NCBI GenBank assembly: GCA_965227515.1
Contig: CBDDFZ010000001.1
Span: 1,696,001-1,760,000 of the forward strand
Reading direction: 5' to 3'
Length of the DNA: 64,000 bases
From: Alphaproteobacteria bacterium
Lineage (GTDB): Bacteria > Pseudomonadota > Alphaproteobacteria > CALKHQ01
Positions 9,503-18,921 of this stretch are shown here, piece by piece (positions within the stretch are counted from its first letter, which is position 1; each line of letters opens with the position of its first letter). A program made the position numbers and the translations under genes. A model generated the notes under the pieces. The model saw only the letters and a program-made list of their open reading frames with translations. It ran no database searches and was not told the DNA's origin.

Positions 9503-11008
9503 ATGAGTCGGATATTTGCGTGGGGTGCCCGGACGGCGCGGGCCAGAGTGGGCGTGCCAGTGGCGACGCTCGCGATGGCGATGCTCGCTTTGGCGGCGGT
9601 CTCGTGGTCGGGCCAGGCGAACGGCGACTGGATGCCGGAAGCTCGGCCGGAGCTGCGCGTGCCGCAGAGTGCGGCCGAGATGCAGCTCTCGTTCGCGCCG
9701 CTGGTGCAGTACGCCGCGCCGGCGGTGGTCAACATCCTGACCATCGTCAATGTGGCGGGCAGCGACCTGGGGCCGTCGCGGCTGTTCAACGACCCGTTCT
9801 TCCGGGAGTTCTTCCAGGGCTTCCCAGGCGGCCCGCCGGGCCCGTCCATGCCGCGTCAGGAGCTGTCGTCGCTGGGCTCCGGCGTCATTCTCACGCCCGA
9901 CGGTGTGATGGTGACCAACTATCACGTCATCGAGCGGGCGGACGCCATCCGGGTCGTGCTGGCGGACCGCCGCGAATTCGAGGCCGAGATTCTGGGCGTC
10001 GACCGGGCAACCGATCTGGCGGTGCTGAGGATCGGCATCGAGGCGGAGTCGCTGCAGTATCTGGAGCTGGGCGACAGCGATGAGATTCTGGTCGGCGACC
10101 TGGTGCTTGCCATCGGCAACCCGTTCGGCGTCGGCCAGACCGTCACCAGCGGCATCGTCTCCGCGCTGGCCCGCACCGAGATCGGCGTCTCCGACTACAG
10201 CTTCTTCATCCAGACCGATGCCCCCATCAACCCCGGCAACTCCGGCGGCGCGCTGGTCGGCATGGATGGGCGGGTGATCGGCATCAACACCGCCATCTAT
10301 TCCGAAAGCGGCGGCTCCCACGGCATCGGGTTCGCGGTGCCGGCCAACATGGTGCGCACTGTCGTCGGCGCGGTGCTGGAGCATGGGCGCGTGGTGCGGC
10401 CGTGGCTGGGTGCGGAAATGGAGGAAGTCACGACGGAGCTCGCCGTCGTGCTCGGCCTCGCGCGGCCCTATGGCGCGCTGCTGGTGGACATCGCGCCCAA
10501 CGGTCCGGCGATCGACGCCGGCCTACGGCCGGGCGACGTGGTGCTGGCGATCGAGGGCCACGACCTGGAGAACACCAATGCGCTCAGGTTCCGCGTCGGC
10601 ACCTATCCGGCCGGCACCGAGGTGGAACTGACCGTGCTGCGCGACCAGGAGGTGATCGCGGTCCCGGTCACGCTGCAGGACCCGCCCAGCGTGGCGGCGA
10701 TGGCCCAGGCACTGCGCCTGGCCGGCCCGCATCCGCTGAACGGTGCCTCGGTGACCGATATGACCGCCGACCTGGCGGCGGAGTTCGCGCTGGGCGACCT
10801 GCGCATCGGCGCCTTCGTCACGGCGGTGGCGGACGGCACCGCCAGCCGGCAGATCGGCCTGCGTCCGGGCGACATCGTGGTCGGCATCAATGGCGTCGAG
10901 GTGGCCAATGTCGAGGCGCTGGAAGCGATGCTGGCCCGCCCGCAGCCGCTGTGGCGGGTCTCGGTGCTGCGCAATGGCGTGATCCTCAGCGTCACCGTGC
11001 GCGGCTAG
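9503..11008 (+). CDS. degP: DegP/DegQ (HtrA) serine protease with two PDZ domains
   Basis: TNYHVI (His), DLAVL (Asp), QTDAPINPGNSGG (Ser), two PDZ repeats. Confidence 0.93.
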   Translation: MSRIFAWGARTARARVGVPVATLAMAMLALAAVSWSGQANGDWMPEARPELRVPQSAAEMQLSFAPLVQYAAPAVVNILTIVNVAGSDLGPSRLFNDPFFREFFQGFPGGPPGPSMPRQELSSLGSGVILTPDGVMVTNYHVIERADAIRVVLADRREFEAEILGVDRATDLAVLRIGIEAESLQYLELGDSDEILVGDLVLAIGNPFGVGQTVTSGIVSALARTEIGVSDYSFFIQTDAPINPGNSGGALVGMDGRVIGINTAIYSESGGSHGIGFAVPANMVRTVVGAVLEHGRVVRPWLGAEMEEVTTELAVVLGLARPYGALLVDIAPNGPAIDAGLRPGDVVLAIEGHDLENTNALRFRVGTYPAGTEVELTVLRDQEVIAVPVTLQDPPSVAAMAQALRLAGPHPLNGASVTDMTADLAAEFALGDLRIGAFVTAVADGTASRQIGLRPGDIVVGINGVEVANVEALEAMLARPQPLWRVSVLRNGVILSVTVRG

Positions 11009-11026
11009 GGCGCTCGGACCCACGCA

Positions 11027-12403
11027 ATGGCGACGCTGTTCGAAGCCCAGGCGCCACGGCCGCTGGCCGACCGGCTGCGGCCGGAGACCCTGGCCGAGGT
11101 AGTCGGCCAGGAGCATGTGCTGGGGCCGGAGTCGCCGCTGGGCCGCATGGTGGCGGGCAAGCGCCTCAGCTCGCTGGTGCTGTGGGGGCCGCCGGGCTGT
11201 GGCAAGACCACGATCGCGCGCCTGCTGGCCGATGCCATCGGCATCGCGTTCGAGCCGTTGTCGGCCGTGTTCTCCGGCGTCGCCGACCTGCGCAAGGTGT
11301 TCGAGCGCGCCCGCGCCCGGCGCGACGGCGGCGAGGGCACGCTGCTGTTCGTCGACGAGATCCACCGCTTCAACCGCGCCCAGCAGGACGGGTTCCTGCC
11401 CTATGTGGAGGACGGCACCGTCACCCTGGTTGGCGCCACCACGGAAAACCCGTCGTTCGAGCTGAACGCGGCGCTGTTGTCGCGGCTGCAGGTGTTCGTG
11501 CTGCGCCGGCTGGACGATGCGGCGCTGGAAACCCTGCTCGCCCGCGCCGAGGAGATCGAGGGCCGACCGCTGCCGGTGGCCGACGAGGCGCGCCCGGCGC
11601 TGCGCGCGATGGCCGACGGCGACGGCCGCACCCTCCTCAACATGGCGGAGGAGCTGTTTGCGCTGCCGCCCGGCCAGAAGCCATTGACCGCCGCCGACCT
11701 GCCGAGCGTGGTGCAGCGCCGCGCGCCGGTCTACGACAAGGCGCAGGAGAGCCACTACAACCTGATCTCCGCCCTGCACAAGAGCCTGCGCGGCTCCGAC
11801 GTCGATGCCGCGCTCTACTGGTGCGCGCGGATGCTGGATGGCGGCGAGGACCCGCGCTACATCGCCCGCCGGCTGCTGCGCTTCGCCTATGAGGACATCG
11901 GCATGGCCGACCCGCAGGCCGCGGTGCAGGCGCTGAACGCCTGGGAGACCTATGAGCGCCTGGGCACGCCAGAGGGCGAGCTCGCCATCGCGCAGTCGGT
12001 GATCTATCTGGCGACGGCGCCGAAATCGAACGCGGCCTACAAGGCGGAGAAGGCGGCGCGGGCCAGCGCGCGCGAAACCGGCTCGCTGATGCCGCCGATG
12101 CACATTCTGAACGCGCCGACCCGGCTGATGAAGGACATCGGCTACGGCAAGGGCTATGCCTACGACCACGACCAGGAGGATGCATTCTCCGGCCAGAACT
12201 ACTTCCCCGACGGCATGGCGCGGCGGGAGCTCTACCGGCCGGTATCGCGCGGGTTCGAGCGCGAGATCGAGAAACGGCTGGCCTATTGGGCGCGCAAGCG
12301 GGCGGAACGCGCCGCCGCCGAGGGCGATGGCCCCTCCGGTGCCTCTGCCGATGCCCCTGGCGCCGCACCTGCTGGCAGCCCCGACCAGGACGCCGCAGAG
12401 TGA
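11027..12403 (+). CDS. rarA: Replication-associated recombination protein A (AAA+)
   Basis: PLADRLRP, GPPGCGKTT, DEIHRFN, GATTENPSF, SALHKSLRGSD. Confidence 0.95.
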   Translation: MATLFEAQAPRPLADRLRPETLAEVVGQEHVLGPESPLGRMVAGKRLSSLVLWGPPGCGKTTIARLLADAIGIAFEPLSAVFSGVADLRKVFERARARRDGGEGTLLFVDEIHRFNRAQQDGFLPYVEDGTVTLVGATTENPSFELNAALLSRLQVFVLRRLDDAALETLLARAEEIEGRPLPVADEARPALRAMADGDGRTLLNMAEELFALPPGQKPLTAADLPSVVQRRAPVYDKAQESHYNLISALHKSLRGSDVDAALYWCARMLDGGEDPRYIARRLLRFAYEDIGMADPQAAVQALNAWETYERLGTPEGELAIAQSVIYLATAPKSNAAYKAEKAARASARETGSLMPPMHILNAPTRLMKDIGYGKGYAYDHDQEDAFSGQNYFPDGMARRELYRPVSRGFEREIEKRLAYWARKRAERAAAEGDGPSGASADAPGAAPAGSPDQDAAE

Positions 12404-12426
12404 GAGCGGCGGGCTCAGCCGCCTTG

Positions 12427-12645
12427 CCCCTCTCCCATTTCGGGAGAGGGAGGGGCCCGCGAGCCGAAGGCTCGTGGGAGGGTGAGGGCCGGCACGATCG
12501 ATCGCGATCACTCAGCATTTCGGCGCGCGCCAAAGATATCGACTGGCGTCAAGGCGACTGCGCCGGCTCCGCGGCTTCGCCACGGCCCTCACCCTCCCGG
12601 CGCTGGACGCGCCGGGTCCCTCCCTCTCCCGAAATGGGAGAGGGG
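12427..12645. repeat. Inverted-repeat element (REP doublet or MITE-like, CCCTCTCCC...GGGAGAGGG family)
   Basis: Ends CCCCTCTCCCATTTCGGGAGAGGGAGGG and CCCTCCCTCTCCCGAAATGGGAGAGGGG are exact reverse complements; inner GGGAGGGTGAGGGCC pairs with GGCCCTCACCCTCCC. Confidence 0.8.
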
Positions 12646-12686
12646 ATCAAAGCGCGCCGCATTGATGCGCGGGCGAGTGAACTCGT

Positions 12687-13073
12687 ATGTCCGGACTGAC
12701 CATCCTGGCGGTGGCGGCGGGGGGGGCGGTCGGCGCGGTGGCGCGCTATCTGGTGGCGACCGGGGCGACCCACCTGTTCGGCCTTGGCTTCCCGTACGGC
12801 ACCCTGATCGTCAATGTCGTCGGCTCGTTCGTCCTCGGCTGCCTTGCCGAGGCGATGGCGCTGGTCTGGACGCCGTCGCGCGAGCTGCGCGCTTTCCTGG
12901 TGGTCGGCATGCTGGGCGCGTTCACCACCTTCTCGACCTTCTCGCTGGACAGCGTCGCCCTGTTCGAGCGCCGCGAATACGTGTCGGCGGGCCTCTACGT
13001 GGTGATCTCGGTGGTGGTGTCCATCGCTGCCCTGGTCGCCGGCATGCGGCTGATGCGCGTGGTGCTGCCATGA
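12687..13073 (+). CDS. crcB: Fluoride efflux channel
   Basis: GGAVGAVARY, FPYGTLIVNVVGSF, GMLGAFTTFSTFS. Confidence 0.95.
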   Translation: MSGLTILAVAAGGAVGAVARYLVATGATHLFGLGFPYGTLIVNVVGSFVLGCLAEAMALVWTPSRELRAFLVVGMLGAFTTFSTFSLDSVALFERREYVSAGLYVVISVVVSIAALVAGMRLMRVVLP

Positions 13074-14035
13074 GCGGCGTGGAACTCTTGGACGTTGCGG
13101 CCGACGACGACGACGTGCGGCTGGACCGGTGGTGCAAGCGCCACCTTCCCGGTGTGCCCCATGGCCGGCTGGAGAAGCTGTTGCGCACCGGCCAGATCAG
13201 GGTCGACGGCAAGCGCGCCAAGGGCAACCTGCGCCTACGCGCCGGCCAGCAGGTGCGCCTGCCGCCCGTACCCACGGCCAAGACGGACGGGGCGCCTGCG
13301 CCGCAACGCCAGGAGGTGACGCCCGATATGGTCCGCGAGGTGCGCGCGATGGTGCGCCATCGCGACGACGCCATCATCGTGATCGACAAGCCGGCCGGGT
13401 TGGCGGTGCAGGGCGGCAGCGGCACCCACCGGCACCTGGACGGCATGTTGGACGCGCTGAAGTTCGACGCGCCCGAGCGGCCGCGGCTGGTCCACCGGCT
13501 GGACAAGGACACCAGCGGCGTTCTGGTGCTGGCGCGCTCGGCCAGCGTCGCCCGCGCGCTCGCGCGCACCTTCCAGACCCGCGATGTCGACAAGACCTAT
13601 TGGGCGCTGGTCGCCGGCATGCCCCCGTCGGATGAAGGCACCATCAACATGGCGTTGGGAAAGCAGCCGGGCAGCGGCGGCGAGAAGATGGGGCCGGACG
13701 CGCCGGACGCCAAGCCGGCGGTCACGGAGTTCCGGGTGATCGACCGGGCCGGCGCGCGGGTTGCCTGGCTGGAGCTGAAGCCGGTGACCGGCCGCACCCA
13801 CCAGCTGCGCGCGCACTGCGCCTTCACCGGCATGCCAATCCTGGGCGACGGCAAGTATGGTGGCGCGGACGCATTTGTCGGTCCGGAACAGGTGGCGCGC
13901 CGGCTGCACCTGCACGCGCGCGCCATTGCGCTGCCGCACCCCGCCGGCCACCGGTTGCGTGTGACCGCGCCGCTGCCCGCGCACATGAAGGCCAGCTTCG
14001 ACTTTTTCGAATTCGACCCGAAGGACGCCGAATGA
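13070..14035 (+). CDS. rluC: RluA-family pseudouridine synthase (RluC-like, with S4 domain)
   Basis: ATG overlaps the crcB stop. RLDRW S4 motif, KPAGLAVQGG, HRLDKDTSG, GRTHQLRAH, LHLHA. Confidence 0.9.
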   Translation: MSGVELLDVAADDDDVRLDRWCKRHLPGVPHGRLEKLLRTGQIRVDGKRAKGNLRLRAGQQVRLPPVPTAKTDGAPAPQRQEVTPDMVREVRAMVRHRDDAIIVIDKPAGLAVQGGSGTHRHLDGMLDALKFDAPERPRLVHRLDKDTSGVLVLARSASVARALARTFQTRDVDKTYWALVAGMPPSDEGTINMALGKQPGSGGEKMGPDAPDAKPAVTEFRVIDRAGARVAWLELKPVTGRTHQLRAHCAFTGMPILGDGKYGGADAFVGPEQVARRLHLHARAIALPHPAGHRLRVTAPLPAHMKASFDFFEFDPKDAE

Positions 14036-14044
14036 CCGAGAACA

Positions 14045-14722
14045 ATGAGCGATAGACTGCGCCTGGCGCTGTTCGACTGCGACGGCACGCTGATCGACAG
14101 CCAGCGGACCATCCTGACGTCGATGGCGGCAGCTTTCGACAGTGTCGGCCATCCACCGCCGGACCTCGCCGCGATCAGGACCGTCATCGGGCTGTCGCTG
14201 GCCGAGGCCATCGTGCAACTGCTGGGCGATGCCGCCGCGCCGGGCACGGTTTCGGCGGCCGAAGACGCCTATTACGCGGCGTTCGACCGTTGTCACGCCG
14301 ACCCCAACATGATCGAGCCGATGTACGACGGCATGGCCGACGTGCTGGACTGGCTGGATGATGGCGGGTGGTTGCTGGGGGTCGCGACAGGCAAGACCCA
14401 CGCCGGTTTGCTGGCGACCCTGCGGCGGCATGGGCTGGTCGAGCGGTTCCAAACCTTGCAGACCGCCGACCGGGCGGCGGGCAAGCCGAGCCCCGATATG
14501 GTCTATCGCGCGACCCGCGATTGCGGCGTCGATCCCGCCGACACCGTGGTCATCGGCGACACCACATTCGACATGATGATGGCGCGTAATGCCGGCGCCC
14601 GGCGCATCGGCGTAAGTTGGGGCTATCACGACGTCGACGACCTGCACGCGGCCGGCGCCGATACCGTCGTGACCTCTTGTGCCGAACTGCCGGAGGCCTT
14701 GGCCGCAGTGCTGGATCGGTAG
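14045..14722 (+). CDS. HAD-IA hydrolase (phosphoglycolate phosphatase-like)
   Basis: FDCDGTLIDS, ATGK, KPSP, IGDTTFD. Confidence 0.9.
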   Translation: MSDRLRLALFDCDGTLIDSQRTILTSMAAAFDSVGHPPPDLAAIRTVIGLSLAEAIVQLLGDAAAPGTVSAAEDAYYAAFDRCHADPNMIEPMYDGMADVLDWLDDGGWLLGVATGKTHAGLLATLRRHGLVERFQTLQTADRAAGKPSPDMVYRATRDCGVDPADTVVIGDTTFDMMMARNAGARRIGVSWGYHDVDDLHAAGADTVVTSCAELPEALAAVLDR

Positions 14723-14726
14723 GGCA

Positions 14727-15428
14727 ATGAAGCGGTTCTACAAGCAGGCCGCCTACGAGACGCGCGACGACGGCCTGGTCATCGCGCTCGACGGCCGCCC
14801 GATCCGCACGCCGGCAGCACGTCCCTTGACGGTGCCGACGCCCGAGATGGCCGATGCCATCGTGGCCGAATGGAACGGCCAGGGCGATGAGGTCGACCTG
14901 AATGCGATGCCGATCACCCGGCTCGCCGGCACCGGCATCGATCTCGTCGCGTCGCGCCGCGACGAAATTCGAGCCGAACTGGTGCGCTACGCAACCACCG
15001 ATCTGCTGTGCTATCGCGCCGACACGCCGGAGGCACTGGCCATGCGCCAGGCCGCGCTGTGGCAGCCGGTGCTGGACTGGCTGGACGAACGCCACGGCAT
15101 CGTGCTGTCGATCACCTTCGGGGTGGCGCCCATCGAGCAGGCCCCGGCGGCGCTGGAGGCGCTGGACCGGCTGCTGGTGCCGTGCGGGCCGATGCAGCTC
15201 ACCGGGATGCGCACGCTGACCGGCGGTCTTGGCTCGCTGGTGCTGGCGCTGGCGGTCTGGCAGCGTCATGTGGATATCGAGGCGGCCTGGACCGCGTGCC
15301 AGATCGACGAGACGTTCCAGGCCGAGCAATGGGGCGAGGATGCGGAGGCGACGGCGCGCCGCGAAGCTTTGCGCGAGGACGTGCTGACATCGGCGCGGTT
15401 CCTGGAGCTTGCCGGCGATGACGGCTGA
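14727..15428 (+). CDS. ATP12 family chaperone
   Basis: MKRFYK, LDGRPIRTP, DLLCYRA, DETFQAEQWGED. Confidence 0.9.
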   Translation: MKRFYKQAAYETRDDGLVIALDGRPIRTPAARPLTVPTPEMADAIVAEWNGQGDEVDLNAMPITRLAGTGIDLVASRRDEIRAELVRYATTDLLCYRADTPEALAMRQAALWQPVLDWLDERHGIVLSITFGVAPIEQAPAALEALDRLLVPCGPMQLTGMRTLTGGLGSLVLALAVWQRHVDIEAAWTACQIDETFQAEQWGEDAEATARREALREDVLTSARFLELAGDDG

Positions 15429-15738
15429 GACCGATGCCAGCGGCGGGACAATCGCCCGCCATGTGGTGATCTCCGGGCGGGTGCAGGGTGTCTGGTATCG
15501 CGGCTGGACCGTGGGCGAGGCCACCCGCGCCGGGCTGAAGGGCTGGGTGCGCAACCGACGCGACGGCGCGGTGGAAGCCGTGTTCGTCGGCCCGGCGACA
15601 GCCGTCGACGCGATGATAGCCGCGTGCCGGAACGGCCCTCCTTCGGCGCGGGTCGACGATGTGGCGGTCAGCGATGCGACGCCGGACATGACCGCCGGCC
15701 TGGCGCCGGATTTCGAGCAGCGGCCCACGGTTAGGTAG
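15418..15738 (+). CDS. acyP: Acylphosphatase
   Basis: ISGRVQGVWYR, GWVRNRRDGAVE, GPPSARV. Confidence 0.9.
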   Translation: MTAETDASGGTIARHVVISGRVQGVWYRGWTVGEATRAGLKGWVRNRRDGAVEAVFVGPATAVDAMIAACRNGPPSARVDDVAVSDATPDMTAGLAPDFEQRPTVR

Positions 15739-15758
15739 TTTCGGCTTGGAGGCATGAG

Positions 15759-16505
15759 ATGAAGAGCATGATGGTTGCGATGCTGCTTGTCGTCGCGGGC
15801 TCCTCGGCGGCGCTCGCCCAGCAGGACCCGCCACCGCCGCCACCGCCGCCGCCGCCGCCAGGCAGCAACGGGCCGGGCGGCGCGCCGCAGGTCCAGACGG
15901 TCGAGACCGCCGGCAGCGTGCAGATCATGGCCGAGGTCTGGGCCGACAACTGGTTCGCCCTCTACGTCAATGGCGCTCACATCGCCACCGACAGCGTGCC
16001 GATCACCACCGAGCGCTCGTTCAATGCCGAGCGCATCGTGTTCCGCGCCGACTATCCGCTGACGCTGGCGTTCCAGGTCATGGACTACCGCGAGAACGAC
16101 ACCGGGCTGGAATACATCGGCACCAACCGCCAGCAGATGGGCGACGGCGGCTTCATCGCCCAGTTCACCGACATGGCGACCGGCCGGGCGATCGCGGTGA
16201 CCGACAGCAACTGGCGCTGCCTGGTGACCCATGAGGCGCCGTTGGACACCTCATGCGTCCGCCAGCTCAATCCGGCGCCCGGTGTCGGTGCGTGCACCTT
16301 CTCGGTCACGCCGGAGCCGCCGGGCTGGCAGCAGGCGGGGTTCTACGACAGCGCGTGGCCCCATGCGCGCGAGTACAGCGCCGGCCAGGTCCGCCCGAAG
16401 GACGGCTATGATCACATCGACTGGGCGCCGCAGGCGGCCCTGATCTGGGGCCCGAACCTGGAGACCGACAACACGCTGCTATGCCGGTTGCAGATCGGCG
16501 GTTGA
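15759..16505 (+). CDS. Secreted hypothetical protein with poly-Pro linker and probable beta-sandwich domain
   Basis: GGAGG RBS, signal peptide, 11 consecutive Pro, ADNWFALYVNG and GDGGFIAQF segments. Confidence 0.7.
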   Translation: MKSMMVAMLLVVAGSSAALAQQDPPPPPPPPPPPGSNGPGGAPQVQTVETAGSVQIMAEVWADNWFALYVNGAHIATDSVPITTERSFNAERIVFRADYPLTLAFQVMDYRENDTGLEYIGTNRQQMGDGGFIAQFTDMATGRAIAVTDSNWRCLVTHEAPLDTSCVRQLNPAPGVGACTFSVTPEPPGWQQAGFYDSAWPHAREYSAGQVRPKDGYDHIDWAPQAALIWGPNLETDNTLLCRLQIGG

Positions 16506-16557
16506 TGCCGCCGTCTGTCGGTATGCGGGTGTCTGACCTATCATTCCACCATCCCTC

Positions 16558-16732
16558 GTCATCCTCGGGCTTGTCCCGAGGATCCATTTATGTCCGTTGT
16601 TCAATGGGTTGAAGGCGATACGCGGTGCAGTAGGCGGTCGATCGTTGCGCTTTGCCCCGCGAGAACCGACCATTTCAGGCCCGTCTCGCGCCCCGCGATA
16701 CCATGGGTCCTCGCCACAAGGGCGAGGACGAC
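16558..16732. repeat. Inverted pair of REP-like palindromes (REPIN-like)
   Basis: GTCATCCTCGGGCTTGTCCCGAGGATCCA (16558-16586) and the inverted copy TGGGTCCTCGCCACAAGGGCGAGGACGAC (16704-16732). Confidence 0.7.
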
Positions 16733-16939
16733 AAGACTTTTCTTGGAGAATTCGGGCAACCCGCGCCAAGACTTGTGAATGCCACCGGCTTCGAACCGTG
16801 TGCTTTCAAGGAACCGTGCCGCGCCCAGCACGTTGTTGATTCCGGGGCGCTGTGTTGCACGATACCGGTGCGGGCCGTTATCGGCTAACATGCCGGCCAG
16901 GAGGACGTGCTGAGTCACGAACCAGGAGAGTTTCCCAAC

Positions 16940-17446
16940 ATGCTTAGATTTGCATTCGCCCCCAAGCTCGCGCTCGCCGCGGTCGGTCTGTTCCTTGGCC
17001 TGCTGGCGACAACGTCCAGCGCCCAGGCGGCCTGCGACCGCTGGGACACCGTCAACAACGTTGCCGGTTTCGGCACCGGCGCGGTTATCTGCGCCCAAAC
17101 GTCGCCGGACACGCAGTTCCAACTGCTGTGCGGGCAGCTTGGCAACTACACCGTGCGCGTTTCGGAGACCGTGTTCTCGTCCGCCGGCGCACCGAGCAAC
17201 ACCACTGGCCGGCCGCAGCAGTTCACCATGACCACCGACGGCGGTGGGCGCTATGACATCACGCTGTTTCTCGACGACTCGACGCGGATGTTCGTGGGCT
17301 CGATCCCCGCGTCGGACCCGTTCGTCACCTCGATCAAGCGGCACTACTGGCTGACCGTCACCCATACGTCCGGAGTGCAGAACGGGCGCTTCTCGCTGAT
17401 CGGCTCGTCGCGCGCGATCGACTTCATGCGTCGTACCTGCTCGTAG
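16940..17446 (+). CDS. Secreted hypothetical protein
   Basis: AGGAG RBS, signal peptide ending AQA-A, four Cys, host-like codon usage. Confidence 0.7.
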   Translation: MLRFAFAPKLALAAVGLFLGLLATTSSAQAACDRWDTVNNVAGFGTGAVICAQTSPDTQFQLLCGQLGNYTVRVSETVFSSAGAPSNTTGRPQQFTMTTDGGGRYDITLFLDDSTRMFVGSIPASDPFVTSIKRHYWLTVTHTSGVQNGRFSLIGSSRAIDFMRRTCS

Positions 17447-17576
17447 CCGCGCCAGGCAGCACAAGCCTCGGCATGTTCGGCCCGGGTGGAGCGGTTGCGC
17501 TGCCCGGGCTTCAATTTCGGCCTATCGCCCGGCGTGTCCGCAGTTCGGACCCACCTTCATACCCAAGGGGATATCC

Positions 17577-17993
17577 ATGAAAGCCATGTTGAAGCTCGCT
17601 TGCGCGGTCGCGTTGCCGATGTCGGTGCTTGGTGCCTGCAATTCCAGCGGCGGCGGCGACGGTGCGCAGCCCGCCTTCAATCCGCCCGCCGCCACGCCTG
17701 CCGCCACCGGCGGCGCGTCTGCCGGGGTCAGCGGGTTCGACCTGCTGGATGGCCATGGCGATGTCACGGCGACATGGACCGCGATCGGCAACGGGCAGTG
17801 GCAGATCCAGAATTTCGGTAACGGCGAGTCCGGCACCGTTCAGGAGATCGGGCGCTCGGATTGCTGCATCACGTTCCAGGTCACGCCGGAAGCCGTGTGG
17901 AGCGTGGATTTCAACGGCATGGAACTGAACATGGCCCCTGGCGAAAGCGATTCGCGCTTCACCATGGACGTCAGCGGCGTTACCCGGGGCTGA
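17577..17993 (+). CDS. Hypothetical lipoprotein
   Basis: Lipobox LGA-C, AAGGGG RBS, beta-rich C-terminus. Confidence 0.7.
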   Translation: MKAMLKLACAVALPMSVLGACNSSGGGDGAQPAFNPPAATPAATGGASAGVSGFDLLDGHGDVTATWTAIGNGQWQIQNFGNGESGTVQEIGRSDCCITFQVTPEAVWSVDFNGMELNMAPGESDSRFTMDVSGVTRG

Positions 17994-18717
17994 TCGCCGT
18001 CTGCGTTCGGCGGTCGAAAACCTCTTCGAAGGCCTGGAGCAGCGCGATATCGGCGTCTTCCATCGTGACCGGTAGGCCTAGGTCGACCAGTGAGGTGACG
18101 CCGTAGCGCTGCTCCGCGGTCTCCGCGATGCCGCACGGCACGATGCCGGCGAAGTGCTCCAGGTCCGGCTCCACGTTGAAGGCGATGCCGTGGAAGGTCA
18201 CCCATCGGCGCACGCGCACGCCGATGGCCGCGATCTTGTCCTCGCGCCCGCCGCCCCGGTCGACCCAGATGCCGACCCGGCCCTCGCGCCGCTCGCCGCG
18301 CACGTTGAACGCGCGCAGGGTGACGATCATCCATTCCTCCAGCAGGTGGACGAAGCGGCGCAGGTCCCTGTCGTGGTGGGTCAGGTCCAGCATCACATAG
18401 CCGACCCGCTGGCCGGGGCCGTGATAGGTGTACTGCCCGCCGCGCCCGGTGCGGTAGACCGGGAACCGGTCCGGCTCCAGCAGGTCCTGGGGCTTGGCGC
18501 TGGTGCCGGCGGTGTAGAGCGGCGGGTGCTGCAGCAGCCAGACCTGCTCGGCCGCCGTGCCCTCATGAATGGCGGCGGCCCGCGCCTCCATCGCGGCGAC
18601 GGCACCGGGATAGTCGACGACCGGTCGGTCGCTGATCTGCCACTCGACCGGCGGCGGCATTTCGGCTGCGACCGAACCGACTTTTTGCTGGGTGATCGTG
18701 CTGGGATCGGCGTGCAT
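17980..18717 (-). CDS. lipB: Lipoyl(octanoyl) transferase
   Basis: [38 protein letters not shown]. Start is 18717 or 18660. Confidence 0.95.
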   Translation of the reverse strand: MHADPSTITQQKVGSVAAEMPPPVEWQISDRPVVDYPGAVAAMEARAAAIHEGTAAEQVWLLQHPPLYTAGTSAKPQDLLEPDRFPVYRTGRGGQYTYHGPGQRVGYVMLDLTHHDRDLRRFVHLLEEWMIVTLRAFNVRGERREGRVGIWVDRGGGREDKIAAIGVRVRRWVTFHGIAFNVEPDLEHFAGIVPCGIAETAEQRYGVTSLVDLGLPVTMEDADIALLQAFEEVFDRRTQTAISPG

Positions 18718-18782
18718 AGCTTGAAGATATGTAGGCGATTTGCTATTTCCCCACCACTGAATTGAGCGCGAAAGCGCCGTTT

Positions 18783-18869
18783 GCGGTCGTGGCGGAATTG
18801 GTAGACGCGCAGCGTTGAGGTCGCTGTGGGGTAAAACCCGTGGAAGTTCGAGTCTTCTCGACCGCACCA
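18783..18869 (+). tRNA. tRNA-Leu(GAG)
   Basis: GCGGTCG acceptor stem, D-arm GGAATTGGTAGAC, anticodon arm CAGCG-TTGAGGT-CGCTG, long variable arm, GTTCGAG T-loop, CCA end. Confidence 0.97.
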
Positions 18870-18921
18870 TTCCTCAAAATAGCCGCCCACCCTTAGCGGC
18901 CAACGGACCGGGACCTCGCCG

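Noticed and set aside
12482-13069. Apparent 200-aa N-terminal extension of RluC
   Set aside because: It runs through the palindromic repeat and overlaps crcB in another frame; the real start is 13070.
9503-15738. degP-rarA-crcB-rluC-HAD-ATP12 cluster as a novel system
   Set aside because: This is ordinary conserved alphaproteobacterial gene order.
18718-18870. N-terminal extension of the lipB ORF in the track
   Set aside because: It is the antisense of tRNA-Leu; LipB homology begins near 18660.
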